The notes under the pieces were generated by a model. It had not been told where the DNA came from. It saw nothing but the letters and a program-made list of their open reading frames with translations, and searched no databases. Of a DNA stretch of 64,000 bases, positions 10,949 to 26,300 are shown piece after piece. A program made the translations under genes and the position numbers. Position 1 is the first letter of the stretch. Each line of letters opens with the position of its first letter. The DNA is from Azolla caroliniana (Eukaryota; Plantae; Polypodiophyta): assembly GCA_043228905.1 (NCBI GenBank), contig JBHGNT010000004.1, forward strand, positions 13,702,001-13,766,000, read 5' to 3'.

Positions 10949-11369
10949 TATCATAAAGACATAGATTTTGGCTTACAAGGATTTAAACCCACAATGTCTT
11001 GGCCTATGTGTTAGAACTTTAACCATTATAATAACATATATGATGTATAGTCATAATAATTATATTATTAGTTATTGCAAGATATTTAGAGTAATCTAGA
11101 ACATTCTAGAATATTCCATGATTATATTAAATATCTAAAATATTCTTGAACATTCTAGAATACTCCATAAGGACCTATAAATAGGTGTCTATTCATTCAT
11201 TACACTCATTTGGTTCAACACCAGTTTTAGCCCCTTAGCCTACTCTTTGTAACCTTTGTTCTCTTATAATATAAACTCTTTTCCATTTCTACTGTTCTTT
11301 CTCTTTCTCTCTCTATACCTTCTATCATCATCTTTTTATCTTTCTCTCTCCTACTCTCATGTCACGACA
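10949..11369 (+). mobile_element. 5' LTR of Tcn1-like chromovirus A
   Basis: Starts TATCATAAAGACAT (compare TGTCATGAACACAT of B) and ends GACA, followed by GTTTGA as in B. TATAAATA at 11176, TTCTAGAA arrays and a CT-rich U5. Confidence 0.75.
11095..11183 (+). promoter_or_regulatory. Heat-shock-element (nGAAn) arrays and TATA box in LTR A
   Basis: GAACATTCTAGAATATTC and TTCTTGAACATTCTAGAA are alternating nGAAn/nTTCn pentamers just upstream of TATAAATA. Confidence 0.7.
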
Positions 11370-13283
11370 GTTTGAACCAAATATCTTTTCTTCTCGAACT
11401 TCTTCTTCTTCTTCTCTTAAACTTATTCAAGCAAATCTAGCAATTTTTCTCATAACTATGGATTCCTTCAACAAGCAAGAATATATGTGCGTTCTCTCCG
11501 AGCTCGGCATGCTAACAACCAAATTCGTCGCATTGGAGCAAGAAAATCAAAGATTGTTGGGAGACCTACAACAAGTAAGTGCTGAGAAAGTACAACAATA
11601 TGAAGAATTATCTCAACGGGTGCATCAATTGGAGACTGCTCTATTGCAACGACAAAGCGGCGGAAATTCAAACCTCGCCGAAAGAACCAAAGATTAGTCT
11701 TCCGGCCAAGTTTGATGGTACAAGGTCTCAATTTCGTGGATTTTTAAATCAGGTATCGCTTGTGATTAAATTGCATCCTAGCCATTACCCAACTTATGTT
11801 GCTCACGTGGGACTAGTTGGTACTTTGCTAACGGGTACTACATTAGCATGGTTTGCACCACTCTTAGAGAAGCAGTCGCCATTGTTGGAAGATTTTGAAG
11901 GGTTTATAAAAGAATTCCAAGCCAACTTTGGAGACACTGATTGTATGATGTTGAGATACAAGCTCAACATTGGCCGGATCGGCTGTGCAAGCCGAGAACC
12001 GGATCTGTTGGGACCAATCGGTTAGGCCGGACCAATGCGTAAACCGGGTGTGTAAATTGTTACGCAAACCAGTGCGTAACGAGAAACCGTAGCGGTGCGT
12101 AAACCGCGAGGCTATTAGTATGGTATTCCTTGTAAGGAATAATTTTGGGAGTTAGTGTAGTAGGCTCATTTATGAGCAGTCAAGTACTGTCAGTACTTGT
12201 GTCAGCCCGATAGTCAGGGCTTGTATAAAAGGTGCTCACTGAGCACGAAGAATGTACAAAGCGTCATTATTTTGAAATAGAACTGAGTTGTCTGCTCTCT
12301 CTTTGTCTCTCCATCTCCATCTCTGTGTTTTCTGAGTTTATCGAACTGTTTTATTTCCAAACTGTGTACTTTGTGTTTACGCACACGTTTTCGCACACGT
12401 ATTCTTTTACATGGTATCGGAGCGCGAGGGTTGAAGTCCTCTGCAGCCGACAAGAAAAGCTTGTGACAAAACAACGTTGAAGTTGTTCTTCTTTTTTTTT
12501 GGAAAAGAAAAAGATAGCAATATGGACAGAGGTATGGGAAGCTCGCTACAGACTGAAAAGCTCGATTGGAGCAACTACGCATCTAAATCGTACAAGATGC
12601 ACCAGTACCTGCTCGGTCACAACTATTGGAGTTATGTCGAAGGAGCTAATGATGTAGCACCCGATTTGACACACAAAGATTTCTCGGCTTGGGAACAAGC
12701 GGCAAGTAGAGTTCTCTACTGCTTTGCATCCTGTGTGAGCGACCAACTATTGAGCTATATTCGGGATGCTAAGACACCAAAGGACGCATGGGTGAATCTC
12801 AAAAATATTTCGCCGCAAGCACAACGGCCAAGAAGCTGCAGCTCAGGCAGGAGCTCAGCAATGTCCGGCAGAAAGATCTGTCTGTGGCTGATTACGCGAC
12901 CCAAATCAAGGAAATCTGGGATTCTCTCGCCTCCGTCAATGTGAACGTTGAGGAAGATGAAATGGTGCAGGTTTGCCTTCGTGGGCTTGCATCCAGGTTC
13001 AGAGCTTTCCGAATGGCGGTGTGTATGAGGGAGAATACACCTTCGTTCTTCGAGCTTGAGTCAATGTTGCTTGTGGAGGAAAATCACGCGGGTGCGTCGA
13101 CGAGTACACAGAGGAAGATAGGCCTTGTGGTCATGATGGATGAGGCGGATCAACGCGCAATGGAGGCAGCCGACAAGAGCAGAACCAGCAGTTCCGGACC
13201 CTTCATAAGCAGGGGGAGTCTTAGCGACGCTAGAAGTCGGCAAGAGAAGGCCGCGTCAGAATGCTGGTACTGTGGCAAGAAAG

Positions 13284-16200
13284 TGTTGAATACGGGTGTC
13301 TAATGGACGTATTCACATTGTCTCCTTTTGTACACACTAGGCTTAGACTATTTATGTAAATACTGAGAAGGGCAACTGCCCTAAATTAGTCAGTATATAA
13401 ACTGACTTTGTAACCTAGTTGTTGGTGTGGTTGCTCTTTGTTTTATTGCCTAATATATAACTAATTTGTTGTGCCTCTCTCTCTCATTCTCTCTTGCGTG
13501 CTCTGCAGCATCTTGTCTAATGTTTCCATCTGCCATTGATCTTTCTGTCTACATACACTAGTTCATGATCATCATATAGAAGGCGACCCTTTCCCAACAT
13601 CTGGTATCAGAGCCCAATTTCTATTAGAGCTTGCGGTCGCCTTCTATCTTAGAATCCTAAAGCTCTTCTTCGTGTATTCTAAAGATCTTAGCTAGTCACG
13701 GCAGGAAAATCACAACGAGATTGTTCTTGCAAAGAGAACGTGACGAAGTCAGCACTTCATTGTTCTAGATCACGCTTGGTTTGTGATCGTAGCCATTCGG
13801 AGTGGGACTTCTGTCTTGATTAGGCCAAATCATTGCTTCAATCGACTAGGCGGAAATCGAATAGGTCATTTGACACTACTCTCCTACTCGTCGTAGTCAC
13901 CTGAAGCAAACACGACTTCAGGGGCAACCCCAATCCATGTTTCACTCAGCTGGACGACATTCGGGAGGACTAGTTGGTTTTGTCCCTCTTATCGTTGCAG
14001 TCAACCGAAACAGGATCGGCTTGGAGTATTGCATAGAATTGGTGTTGGGAGATTTCGGAGAAATCGAATCATCAAATCTTGGTTCAACTCGACTAAATCA
14101 GTTGACTGTAGTCACTCCAAACAAGATTCTCGGTTCTTCATAATCAACACGACTTGTGTTCAACTTCGGCTACAATGACATCGAGTGGGCTAGGCTGTCG
14201 CACTCCACCACAGTTCGTAGCTAACTCAGGACAAAGTGTATTATACCAACACACATGGCTTCAACATCTGGCTCGTCAGAGATGAGTCTATGGAAGTTCA
14301 ATGGATCTAACTTCAACTTCTGGAAGGAGCAAATGTAAGACTACTTGATAGTCTAGGGCCAGATTGACCCCATTGAGAATGTAGATCCTCTAGAAGGATA
14401 CAAACCAATCGAGTGGCAGAAGCTGGACAAAATTGTTCATGCCACAATTTGGATGCACCTATCAGAATCTATATATTTCACAGTGCAATTGTGTACGACA
14501 ACCTTCCAACTATGGAAGACATTGTCGGACACTTACGAAAAGAAAGTCGCTGCCACGAAGATATTCTTGATTCGGCGTCTCTACAATCTTTGGATGAAGG
14601 AATCTGATTCGGTCCAGGCACATTTAAATGAGTACGAAAGTCTAAGCTCCCAAATTGCAGCTCAGGGGACGATCATCAAGGATGAACTAAAAGCAATGTT
14701 GCTTATGAGTAGTCTCCCTTCGTCGTGGGAAACTTTCGTCACCACCGTGTGCAATGCATCAACTACGGCAGTCAAGTACTCCTCAGTCACGAGTGTTATT
14801 CTGACTGAAGCAGCTCGGAGAAAATCGTTTGCAAACGATTCAGCCAATGACGCTTACGTAGTACAAGGTTCGACTGACCGATCGAACAACTGTGGAAGGG
14901 ACTCTTCACGACAGTAGAATAATCAGCGAAGACGGAGCTAGTCACGGGATAATCGAGTATGCAACTACTGCAAGAAACCTAGACACATCAAAGCCGATTG
15001 CCGTGGTCTCAAAACCTAAAACGATAAGGCTCCGCGAGCCGACAAGAAGAGTGGCCAGCACGAGGAGATCAACTACGTCAGTTCCTCAGCTGACGTACAA
15101 TCAAACGACCCGAACATACTCTCAATCGAAAATCCGGTTGGATCAGAAGTTCTACTTACGACTGAAGAATCAAGCACATGGCTCTTAGATTCGGGTGCGT
15201 CATTTCATGTAACTCCTCATCGATCCAATTTCGGCAATACATGGCCCGACATTCTGACTCAATTCGTGTAGGAAATTCGCAACACTACGATATAATTGGA
15301 ATCGACACGGTAGAGCTCCACCCTGCGGGTGGTTCTACATTGGTACTTGATGTGACCAGTCCAGTCATACCTCGAAGATCTGAGAGATTATCGCAACCCC
15401 CGGAGAGATACTCTCCTTGTATCTTCTTCACGGACGCCGGAGAACCGACGTCATACGGAGAAGCTTCGGCATCAACCGAATCAGCCACCTGGCATCTGGC
15501 AATGGACTCAGAAATGAACTCTATTCGTATGAACCATACTTGGGACTTGGTCGAACTCTCGAAAAATCGACGTGCTCTTCCGTGCAAGTGGGTCTATCGA
15601 CTTAAGGAGATGTCTGATTTGGCAAGCGCCGCGACAATGGTACAAGAAGTTCGATGACTTCATCCAATCGATCGGCTTCTCAAAGAGCGATGAGGACCAT
15701 TGTCTCTTCACGAAAACAGCTCGAGATGGATCACCCATCTTTCTCATCATCTACGTGGATGACATGCTAATTTTTGGACGCCATGCAAGCGAACTAGCCG
15801 AACTTGTTCGACAACTGCGGTTGAAGTTTGCCATGAAGGATCTCAGTCCAGCACGACACATTCTTGGCATGGAGATACGTCGGAATTGTAATTGACGACA
15901 ATTGTTTCTGTCTCAATCCGACTACATTGGACGTGTCCTCGAACGCTTCAACACGCGATCAACGAAATCTGCCTCTACCCTGCTCACTATTAATTCTCGG
16001 TTGTCTCGTCGAGACTGCTTGACATCCGGTCTGGAGGGGGAAATTATGAAGTCGGTACCGTATGCACCGGCAGTCGACTCCCTCATGTACGTGATGGTCG
16101 TGACACGGCCTGATATAGCTCACGCCGTTGGAGTCGTCCGCAGATTTATGCATAACCCCGATCGATCGCATTGGAATGCAGTTAAGCATGTGTTCAGATA

Positions 16201-17202
16201 TCTAGCAGGCAAAAAAGACCTTGGTATTATTTTCGGACCGAACGACAGCTAAGGCGTAGTTGGATATACCGACTCTGACTTCGCGGGCTGCATAGACAGC
16301 CGAAAATCAACAATTGGATATTGTTTCAAACTTGGAAACGGGGTCATCTCATGGAAATCCAAACTTCAGGAATGCACGACCACATCAACGACCGAAGCCG
16401 AATACGTAGTTGCTTCCGATGCAGCGAAAGAGGCCTTATGGCTCGGCCGGTTGGCCTGCACGTTTCGACAACCCGAAATCGGCTCGACTCCGATTGTTTA
16501 TAGCGACAGTCATGGTGCTATTGCTCTGTCGAAAAATCCAGTTCAACATAACTCCTCCAAGAATATCGATGTTTGATATCATTTCGTTCGGAACTGCGTC
16601 ATTTTGATAGGGAAAATCGGCCTTGCGAAGATATCTACAGCCGATAATATCGCGGACACAATGACCAAGTGTCTCCTGGCAGATCGATTTCGATATCTTA
16701 GACAACATATGGGCGTAATGGAGAATCGGTTCGATTAAATCGAACAATTGCGATCCTTTTTCGGGCACCAGACTTCGGCTGTTCGAAGCCTTGTATCAAT
16801 CTGTATTATATACTCGTTTTGAGTATAAGTTTAATATGCATATGCCCATTACGGGGGAGTGTTGAATACGGGTGTCTAATGGATGTATTCACATTGTCTC
16901 CTTTTGTACACACTAGGCTTAGACTATTTATGTAAATACTGAGAAGGGCAACTGCCCTAAGTTAGTCAGTATATAGACTGACTTTGTAACCTAGTTGTTG
17001 GTGTGGTTGCTCTTTGTTCTATTGCCTAATATATAACTAGTTTGTTGTGCCTCTCTCTCTCATTCTCTCTTGTGTGCTCTGCAACATCTTATCTAATGTT
17101 TCCCTCTGCTATTGATCTTTCTGTCTACATACACCACTTCATGATCATCATATAGAAGAGTTTCGCTTAAGTTCCGTATTCGAAGGCGGCCCTTTCCCAA
17201 CA
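13284..17202 (+). mobile_element. Tork-like copia H, 3.9 kb, integrase deleted (LTRs 13284-13599 and 16860-17202)
   Basis: TSD GAAAG, PBS TGGTATCAGAGCC at 13602 and PPT GGGGGAG. Carries gag, WLLDSGAS protease, YVDDML RT and RNase H remnants. Inserted in the CWYCGKK knuckle of G1. Confidence 0.93.
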
Positions 17203-20200
17203 GAAAGGCAACAAGGAGAGCGAGTGCTGGAAAAAGAGAGCCAATTCGGACAAAGCCGGATCGAGCCGAAGAGACGTAGAGAGGTGTCAGAGATCGCGCT
17301 ACGCAGAAGGCTTTGAACGAGCCGGAAACAAATCGGGCCCAACCTTCGTAATGAAGCATAAGGCCAATTCTATGGGTGTGGTGTGGTATGTTGATTTCGG
17401 AGGGTCAAATCATATGACGAGTCACGAGGAATGGTCCTCGTACTTGGAGAAACCGGAATCGCAAGGATTGGTCGAAACGGGAGATGACACTCCGCGTACC
17501 ATTGAATATGTCAGAGAAGTTCCCCTCAGCCACGTTGGGCAGAAAGGGAAACTCATGAACGTGCTGCACGTCCTGACAATAACGAAGAACCTAGTGTCGG
17601 TCGGTCAGATCGTCGACCAGGAAATGCAGGTTCGATTCACGCATCTAGGCTGCTTCATAGAAGAGGAAGGCAAAGTAATCGCGCAAGAGCACCGTGAAGG
17701 GAGGATGTTCATTCTTGACACTAATCAAGTTGGAACTGCATTGTACGCGAAAGGACAAAAGGTTGAATCGGATATCGACCGGTGGCACAAGCGATTCCGC
17801 CACGTAAATTTCCCACGGCTTCGTGAGATGTAGATGAAGAACATTGTTTTCGGCTTGCCAAAATTCCAGGGCCGTAATGGCCAAGTCTGCGAAGCCTATC
17901 AGATGGGAAAACAACACCGACTTCCATTCCCCAATGAGTGTAATCGTAGTCGAAGTCTGTTGGATTTGATCCATTCGGATGTGTGGGGACCGACATAGAA
18001 CGTGAGTATCGGTGGAAGCCGTTACTTTGTAACCTTCATCGACGACTTCACTCGGCACACGTGGGTATGCACAATCGCGAAGAAGAGCGAAGTCTTCGCA
18101 TGTTTCTTGAAGGTGAAGAGCCTTGTAGAAAGGGAAACAATGCGTAAGTTCAAATGCCTACGGTCTGATGGCAGGAAGGAGTACTTCTTCGACCAGTTCA
18201 CAAGTTATCTACAGAAGGAGGGAATTCGACGCGAATTCTCGTGTAGATACACGCCGCAACAGAATGGCGTGGCCGAGCGGAAGAATCGGACAATCGAAGA
18301 AGCGGCCAGGGCAATGCTTGAAGAGAAGCATATGCTGAAATTCTATTGGGCTGAATCCGTGAGGACAGCTGACTACCTGCAGAATCGGACTTCTGCTAAT
18401 GGAGGAGTGTCGCCACATGAGCTATATTTCGGGAAGAAGCCGAACTTGGCACACTTGAGGATTTTTGGCAGCATTGCATATGTGCATGTGCCAAAGGAAA
18501 AGAGGCGGAAGCTGGACGTCAAAGCCGAAAAGTGCATCTTAGTCGGCTATCCAAACGAGCTGAAGGGGTATAAATGTTATAACCTCCAAACAAAGGAAGT
18601 ACGCGTAAGTCGAGATGTCGTGTTTGACGAATCCGCATCGTGGTACCTGCCTTCACCTCCAATACCTCATGACTCCATTTCGAATTCTAAGGAAGAAGTC
18701 AGCGAGGCTGGGATGCCTTTGCATGAGGAGGAAATCAGAGCTCTAAGAGAGAGTCCGATCTTATTTTGGCTAAGTGGGTCGAATGAAGGGTTCAGCCGAA
18801 ATGATCAACCTATTGAAGAGACGTCGAGTAGTGGAGACTCGGCCATGATGTCCCTGCGTAAAGAACCGAGGAGACGGTTTACCCGTAAAGAGAAGGGCAA
18901 GAGGAAAATGCTGGAATACGACTTCGGCAGTGCCTAGTCAGATCGGAGCGAGTCTGACTACATGCAAACTGAAAAGGAACCTCCACGGAAGAGGTCGACA
19001 ATAGCCGAAAAGGTCGTGAAATCGGGTAATCACGAATTACGCCGATCTACCTTCCTCAAGAACCTTGTAAAGAGATACGTGTATAATGAGTACATGGCGC
19101 ACCATTATGTGTACATGACGCGAGTGGCAGAAGTGCGTGAGCCGAAGAGCTATGCAGAAGCGGCAAAAGACACAAATTGGCGTGCCGTGATGGAGGAAGA
19201 GATGCGCACTTTGATTGATAATGAGACTTGGGACTTGGTTGACGCACCGAAGGGTGTAAAGTCGATCAGATGTAGGTGGGTGTATAAAGTGAAATACAAT
19301 ACTGACGGCTCAGTCAATCGATACAAGGCCCGCTTAGTGGCGAAAGGCTACGCATGGACTACGATGAGACCTTTACGCTCATCGTGAAGATGACTATCGT
19401 GTGGGTTCTGCTAGCCATAGCTACGACAAAGGGGTGGCACTTAAGAACGCGTTCCTGCATGGTGATCTTGATGAACAGGTGTACATGATACAACCCCCTA
19501 GATTTCTATCCGAACAAAACACCTCGACAATTTTCCGACTAAAGAAGTAACTCTACGGACTTAAGCAAGCCTCAGAGCCTGGAACGCGAAGATTACACAA
19601 TAGTTGTGTAGGATGGGGTTTACGACGTCAAAATCAGACTCTTCACTATTTGTTCGGCAAGGTCCATATGGACCGGTAGGTCTTCTACTTTATGTTGATG
19701 ATTTAGTCATCGCGGTGCCAACCTAGATGAAAATCCACCGCATAGAATCTCTGCTTGCGGCATCATTCGACATGAAGGATCTTGGAAACCTTCATTACTT
19801 CCTCAGGATCAAAGTGATCCGTACCCCCGAAGTCATATTGATCAGCTAGCGTCATTACGCGCTGAATATGTTCTTCAAGTTCGGGATGGCAACTTGTAAG
19901 CCCATCTCAACCGCTCTGGACAGAAACGTAAAGCTTCGCCGAGATTCGGGAAAGGCATGCGACTCGACACGGTTTTGACAAATTGTCGGAAGCCTCATCT
20001 ATTTGACGATTACTCGGCCGGATCTCAGCTACCCGGTCGGCTTAATCAATCAATTTATGTCGCAGCCTACGGCCAAACACTTTCAATGCGCGCCAAAGAT
20101 ATTGCGATATGTCAGCGGCACGAAAGACATGGCGTTGCTGTATCAGGCAGGCGTAGCCGAACAGTTCGTTGGCTACACGGATGCCAATTGGGCCGGAAAC

Positions 20201-20308
20201 GCCAGTGATTGTAGATCCACATCCGAATATGCCTTCTGATTAGGAAGTGCAGTGATCGCGTGGAGTAGCAAAAAGTAGCCGACAGTGGCACTGTCGAGCA
20301 TGGAGGCC
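17203..20308 (+). pseudogene. pol: G1 pol segment (PR, IN, RT, start of RH), decayed
   Basis: [50 protein letters not shown] and TDANWAG, with many stops. Confidence 0.9.
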
Positions 20309-23300
20309 TGTTGAGTGGCAAGCTCAACTGGATCCGGATCGGCTGAATAAGCCTAAGCCGGATCGGTGAGTTTGCAAGCCGGTGAGCTGGGGAGCCGGTT
20401 AGCCGGATCCAGCAATAACCAGAAGCCTAGTAGCAGCCTAGACTACTAGGTAGTTAATGACTCGTATTTAGTGTCACACGCTCGTGTGAGCATTGAAGTA
20501 CACAATACTTCTGTGAGTCCTCTTAGGACTCATATAAATAGTGTTGTTGAGCACGTTGTATGTACAAAGAACTATTTTGTTTTGCAATAGAATTTTAATG
20601 TTCTGCTCCTTCTCTGTCTCTCCCGTGTATTAATCTCTCTATCTCTCTTTGTCTGTTGCTATTCGGCTGAGCCGGTTTGTCTGACACTTCTGCACCCTCG
20701 TTTCTACATGGTATTAGAGCGCGATGGTTGAGAACCTCAGCAGCTGACATCAACATCTGAAGACAAACCTTAAGACCCGGTAAGAACCGGAAGAGAAGTG
20801 ATGGATAGAGGAATGGCTAGTTCGATCTCGGTGGTGGAGAAACTCGACAGATCCAACTATGCATCTTGGTCATACAAGATGCACCAGTACTTGCTTGGGC
20901 ATGGTTACTAGAGCTATGTCGACGGAGCTAATGACACAACACCTTATGCGGCACACAAGGACTTCCCAGTGTGGGAGCAAGCGGCAAGCAGAGTGATGTA
21001 CTGCTTTGTGTCTAGTGTCGGAGATCAGCTGCTTACCCATGTCCAAGATGCCAAGACGCCAAAAAAAGCTTGGGGAAACCTGAAGAAGGTTTTCGCAGCA
21101 AGCACTATGGCCCGAAAACTACAACTGCGACAGGAGTTGAGCAATGTCTGACAGAAGGACATGTCGGTAGCAGACTACACGACTCGAATCAAGGAGATCT
21201 GTGACTCACTTGCGTCTATCAACATCACTGTAGAGGAAGATGAGATGGTGTAGATCTGTCTTGAGCGTTCCGAAAGGCTATATGTACAAGGGAGAGTACG
21301 CCATCACTTTTCGACTTACAGTCAATGCTCCTTGTAGAGGAGAACCACGCCGTTGCGTCAACAAGTGCACCCACCGACAACCAGATACTGTACACGGAGG
21401 CGGATCGGCCTCCTGGACGTGGTGGATGAGGTGGGCCGTGAGAGCAGGACCGAAGGCACAGAGAATGTGCTGACAATAATTCCGGACCCTCCACAAGCAG
21501 GGGAGTCAAGGCGGTGCCAGAGGCCGACAAGAAAAGGCCGACACGGAATGCTGGTATTGTGGTAAAAACGGCCACAGAGAAAGGGAGTGCTGGAAGAAGC
21601 ATGCCGATTCGGATAGATCCGGATCTGGCAAGGCTGGTAGAGAGAACCGGAAATACTCGCACTACGCAGAAGGATTGGGAGGTTCCAAAACCAGAAAAGC
21701 TGGTAAAGGGCCAACCTTGGTGATGAAACACAAGGCTAACTCGATGAAGAAGACCACTTCCAAATCGGAGGAAGTGTTCTACGTTGATTCCGGTGCATCA
21801 AATCACATGACGAGCCACAGTGTGGTTCTCCTTCTTGGAGAAACCAAAACAACCAAGACTCGTCGAAACCAGAGACGAAACTCCTCACCCAATCGTGCAT
21901 GTCAGAGAAGTCCTTCTTTGAGCCACGTCGGACAGAGGGGGAAGTTGATGAACGTATTACACGTTCCAACTATCACGAAGAACCTGGTGTCAGTTGGAGA
22001 GATTGTCGACCAGGGGATGTAGGTGCGGTTTACGAACCTCGGGTGCTTCATCGAGGGAGAGGGCCAAATCATTGCGCAAGGGCACAGAGATGGGAGGATG
22101 TTCATCCTCGACATCAAGGATGTCGGCACCGCTTTGTTCGCCAAAGGACAGAAGATTGAATCACACATCGATCTCTAGCACAAGTGGATCGGCCATGTCA
22201 ATTATCGGAGGCTTCAAGACCTGCAATCGAAACAATTCATTTTCGGTTTTCTGAAATTTGTGAAGCCTGCCAATTCGGGAAGCAACACCGGCTTCCATTC
22301 CCCACTGAACGAAAACCGGACCCGTAACAAGCTCGACCTTATTCATTCGGACATATGGGGGCCGACACAGAACGTTAGTCTTGGCAGGAGTTGATACTTT
22401 GTTTCCTTCAATAACGACTAAAGTCGACACACATGGATCTACCTCATTCAGTGGAAGAGCGAAGTCTTCGAGTGTTTTTGGAACCTGCAAAGCCTGGTTG
22501 AACGGTACACGGAGAGGAAGATCAAGTGCCTGAACTGGATGGCGGAAAAGAATATTTTTCCAGTCAATTCAACAGTTATCTGCAACAAAAAGGAATTCGG
22601 AGAGAGTTTAGCTGTTGATACACGCCAACGCAAAACATTGTGGCCGAGAGGAAGAATCGGTCGCTTATCGACGTGGCAAGGGTGATGCTGGAGGAGAAAA
22701 GCATGCCAAAATTCTACTGGGTTGAGGCGGTCTGGATGGCCGTCTACATCAAAAACCGGATCGGTGACAAGGTGTCAGCACACGAGCAGTATTTCGGGTG
22801 CAAGCCAAATTTCAGACACCTTCGGATATTTGGTAGCATTGCATATGTGCATGTGCCGGATGAGAAGCGGAGGAAGTTGGATGCAAAGTCGGAGAAATGC
22901 CTCCTGGTCGGTTACTCGCATGAGCAAAAGGGGTATAAGTATTATAATCCCCGGATGAACTAGGTCTGAGTTAGCCAGTATGTTGAGTTTGATGAGACGG
23001 CATGATGGCATGTCTTACCGGCTCCGACTTCCGATCCCGACCAGATACCGACGGATGAGGCCAGTGAGCTTGAACCGGTCCAGTCCGAAGATGAAGGGTT
23101 CAGTACTCAAGAGTGAGTCTGGAATCGTTTCGGTTAAGTGGATTGAATGAATGGCTGAGTCGGGATGACCAATAGGATGAGGAATCGGCGAGTAGTGGAG
23201 ACTCTACCGTGCTCTCCCTGTGCAAGGAACCGATGAGACGGTTCACGCGCAAACAGATGGGGAAGAAGAAGATGCCGGAATACGAAACCGGCAACGTTGA

Positions 23301-26300
23301 GTCGGATCAGAGCGAATCTGACTCCGGTAAGGAAGAAAGCGGATCTTCGGGAACGAAGTTTGAACCGGCCAAGAAGGGCCTCAAACCGGGTAACGATAGA
23401 TTATGCCGGTCTTCCCGCCAGAGAACCCCGTAAAGCGGTACGGGTACAATGAGTTCATGGCACATCACTATGCGTACATGACCAAGGTGGCGGAAGCGCG
23501 TGAGCCAAAGAGCTACGCAAAAGTGGCAACAGACGCAAATTGGCGTGCCGCTATGGAGGAAGAAATATGGGCACTTGATGCCAACGACACATGGGACCTA
23601 GTTAACACTCCTCGACACTGTAAACTGATAGGATATAAGTGGGTGTACAAGGTAAACTACAATGACGAAGGTTCGATTAATCGGTACAAGACACGTTAGT
23701 GGTGAAGGGATACACGCAGACCCACGGAATTGACTTCGACGAGACCTTCGCTCCGGTAGCGAAGATGACGATGGTTCGTGTAGTGCTGGCGGTTGCTGCG
23801 GCAAGTGCGTGGTATCTTCACCAGATGGACGTGAAGAATGCATTTCTTCAAGGCGATCTTGAAGAAGAGGTCTTTATGACCCAACCCCCCGGTTTCCAGT
23901 CAAAGATGAACAAGTCGGTTGTATGTCGGGTGAAGAAGTCACTTTATGGCCTAAAGCAAGCCACCCGAGCTTGGAATGCGAAGATCACACACCGGTTTCA
24001 TATGATGGGGTTTGTGGCCTCCAAGTTCGACTCTTCGTTGTTCATTCAGCAAGGTCTGGACGGTCCGGTTTGCATCTTGGTGTATGTTGATGATCTAGTC
24101 ATCACCAGACCCGGACTCGATGAAATCAGCCGAGTTAAGTCCCATCTATCGGACGCATTTGAGATGAAGGACCTGGGGGACCTTCACTATTTCCTTGGGA
24201 TCGAGTTGATCTGAACCCTCGACGACATATTTCTCTCACAAAGACACTATGTGTTAAATATGTTGTACAAGTTTGGCATAACAAAATGCCGACCGATCTC
24301 CACACCCCTGGGCCTAAACCAGAAGCTCCCTCCTGACTCTGGACTGGCCTGCGATGAGAAGCGGTTCCGACAAATCGTCGGAAGCCTTATATATTTGACA
24401 ATCACCCGACCTGGCATCAGTTATCCGGTCGGCGTGATCAGCCAATATATGCAGAAGCCGACCGTGGAGCACCTTCTGTGTGCGCATCAAATTTTGCGAT
24501 ATGTGAGCGGCACGAAGGAACGGGGATTGTTATACTGGCATGGTATAACCGACGAGCTACTCGGCTACACCGATGCCGACTAGGCCGGTGATGCATCGGA
24601 TCGCCGATCCACCTCCGGCTATATGTATTCCCTTGGTAGCACGACTGTTGCGTGGAGTAGCAAAAAGCAGCCAATAGTGGCCCTTTCGAGCACTGAGGCG
24701 GAATATCGGGGCGCTACCGTTGCCACCTGTGAAGCCATTTGGCTTTGGTGACTACTACAAGACCTGAGATCGTGGTGACGACCTCGATCTTGATCTACTG
24801 CGACAACATAAGCAGCATGCAGCTTGCGAAGAACCCCGTATTCCATGGTCGCACAAAGCACATAGAAGTGCACTACCACTTTGTGTGTGAGCGTGTCTTG
24901 AGCGGTGAAGTCGAACTTCGGTATGTTCATACGGATCGACATATTGCCGACATCTTCACCAAAACGCTCGGATTGGACAAGTTGCAACACTTCACCGAAA
25001 TGCTTGGTGTTTAGCATCTCGATGTGCCACAATTGAGGAGGGAGAACGGGCAAAGGCAAAGAAACTGCTGATTGCGCTGGTGAGGGAAGAACTGACAAAT
25101 GGGGAGACAAGAAGAAGAAAGGAGTCGAGTCAAGAAAGGAAGTTGACACATCCAAACAAGTCGGAACAAGCGGCATCGACGACAGAGTCAAGAAGGATAG
25201 AGCCAACCGGAAGAAGAAGGCCAAGACCTGGACAAGGTTCGATGTAGTGAAGGGCCTAGAACCAGATGTCAACTCGGGAGCGACCGATTTGGACAAGAGC
25301 TGGAACGAATCGGAGACAGTCGATTCGGTTCAATAGACGGATTCGGAAGAACCGGATCAACTGAAGGCCAAGCGGACGAGAAGGAAGTGGAAGTCGATGC
25401 CAACACGAAGGAACTGGTGGGTCGACAAGCGCCAAAGTTACAACAGGGAGGGAGCTTAATTGGGCTTGTTGAGCAAACAAACCGACCGAGGAGGTCGAGG
25501 TGCACAGAATCAGAAGGGTCGCGGCAAACGGAACCGGACCGGACGAGGAGCGCGAGCGAGGCGGAGTGGCGCTAGAAGGAGCCGGGTGGAAGGACCAACT
25601 GCCATGGAAACTAACACTACGATCCGACCTCAAGTTGAGCTTGAGGGAGAGTGTTGAGCTGCAAGCTCAATTGGATCTGGATCGGCTGAATAAGCCTGAG
25701 CTGGATCGTGTTAGGAAACAGGTCCCTCCGGATGGGAAGTGAGAAGAACAGTGTTGATGAGCAATCATGGAGATAGCCAACACGGAAGGCGAAACTTGTA
25801 AATAGTCGAAAGGTTACATTAGTATATAAGTACTTAGGGCAATCATGTTTGAAATGTGCATTATTGTAAAGTTACTGTCGATGAGGTTGTTGCCTCTGTA
25901 ATTGTGAGAGTGAACGAGTGTGAGTGGAAGCGTGTGAGCTCCATAGCCGCCTGTTGGCGAAGCAGGATCTCGAGGTCGTTGCCTCTGAGATCTCTGATTG
26001 TATTCGTTTCTCTCATAGTGTTCTATTTCGGAGTTTGTGGACTCCACGTGGTTTTTTCCCAGTTCGGGTTTCCACGTTAAAATCTATGTCATTCTCAGTT
26101 TCTGTTTTTTGTTTTTCTTTTCATTAGATTGACTATTATTCCGCACACGTACAACTGGTTGTGGCCGGCAACGATTTTAACTTCAGATCGGTATCCGGAA
26201 GGATGAGCCGGATCGGTGAGCAAGCAAGCCGGTGAGTTGGGGAGCCGGTTAGCCGGATCCAGCAATAACCGGAAGCCTAGTAGCAGCCTAGACTACTAGG

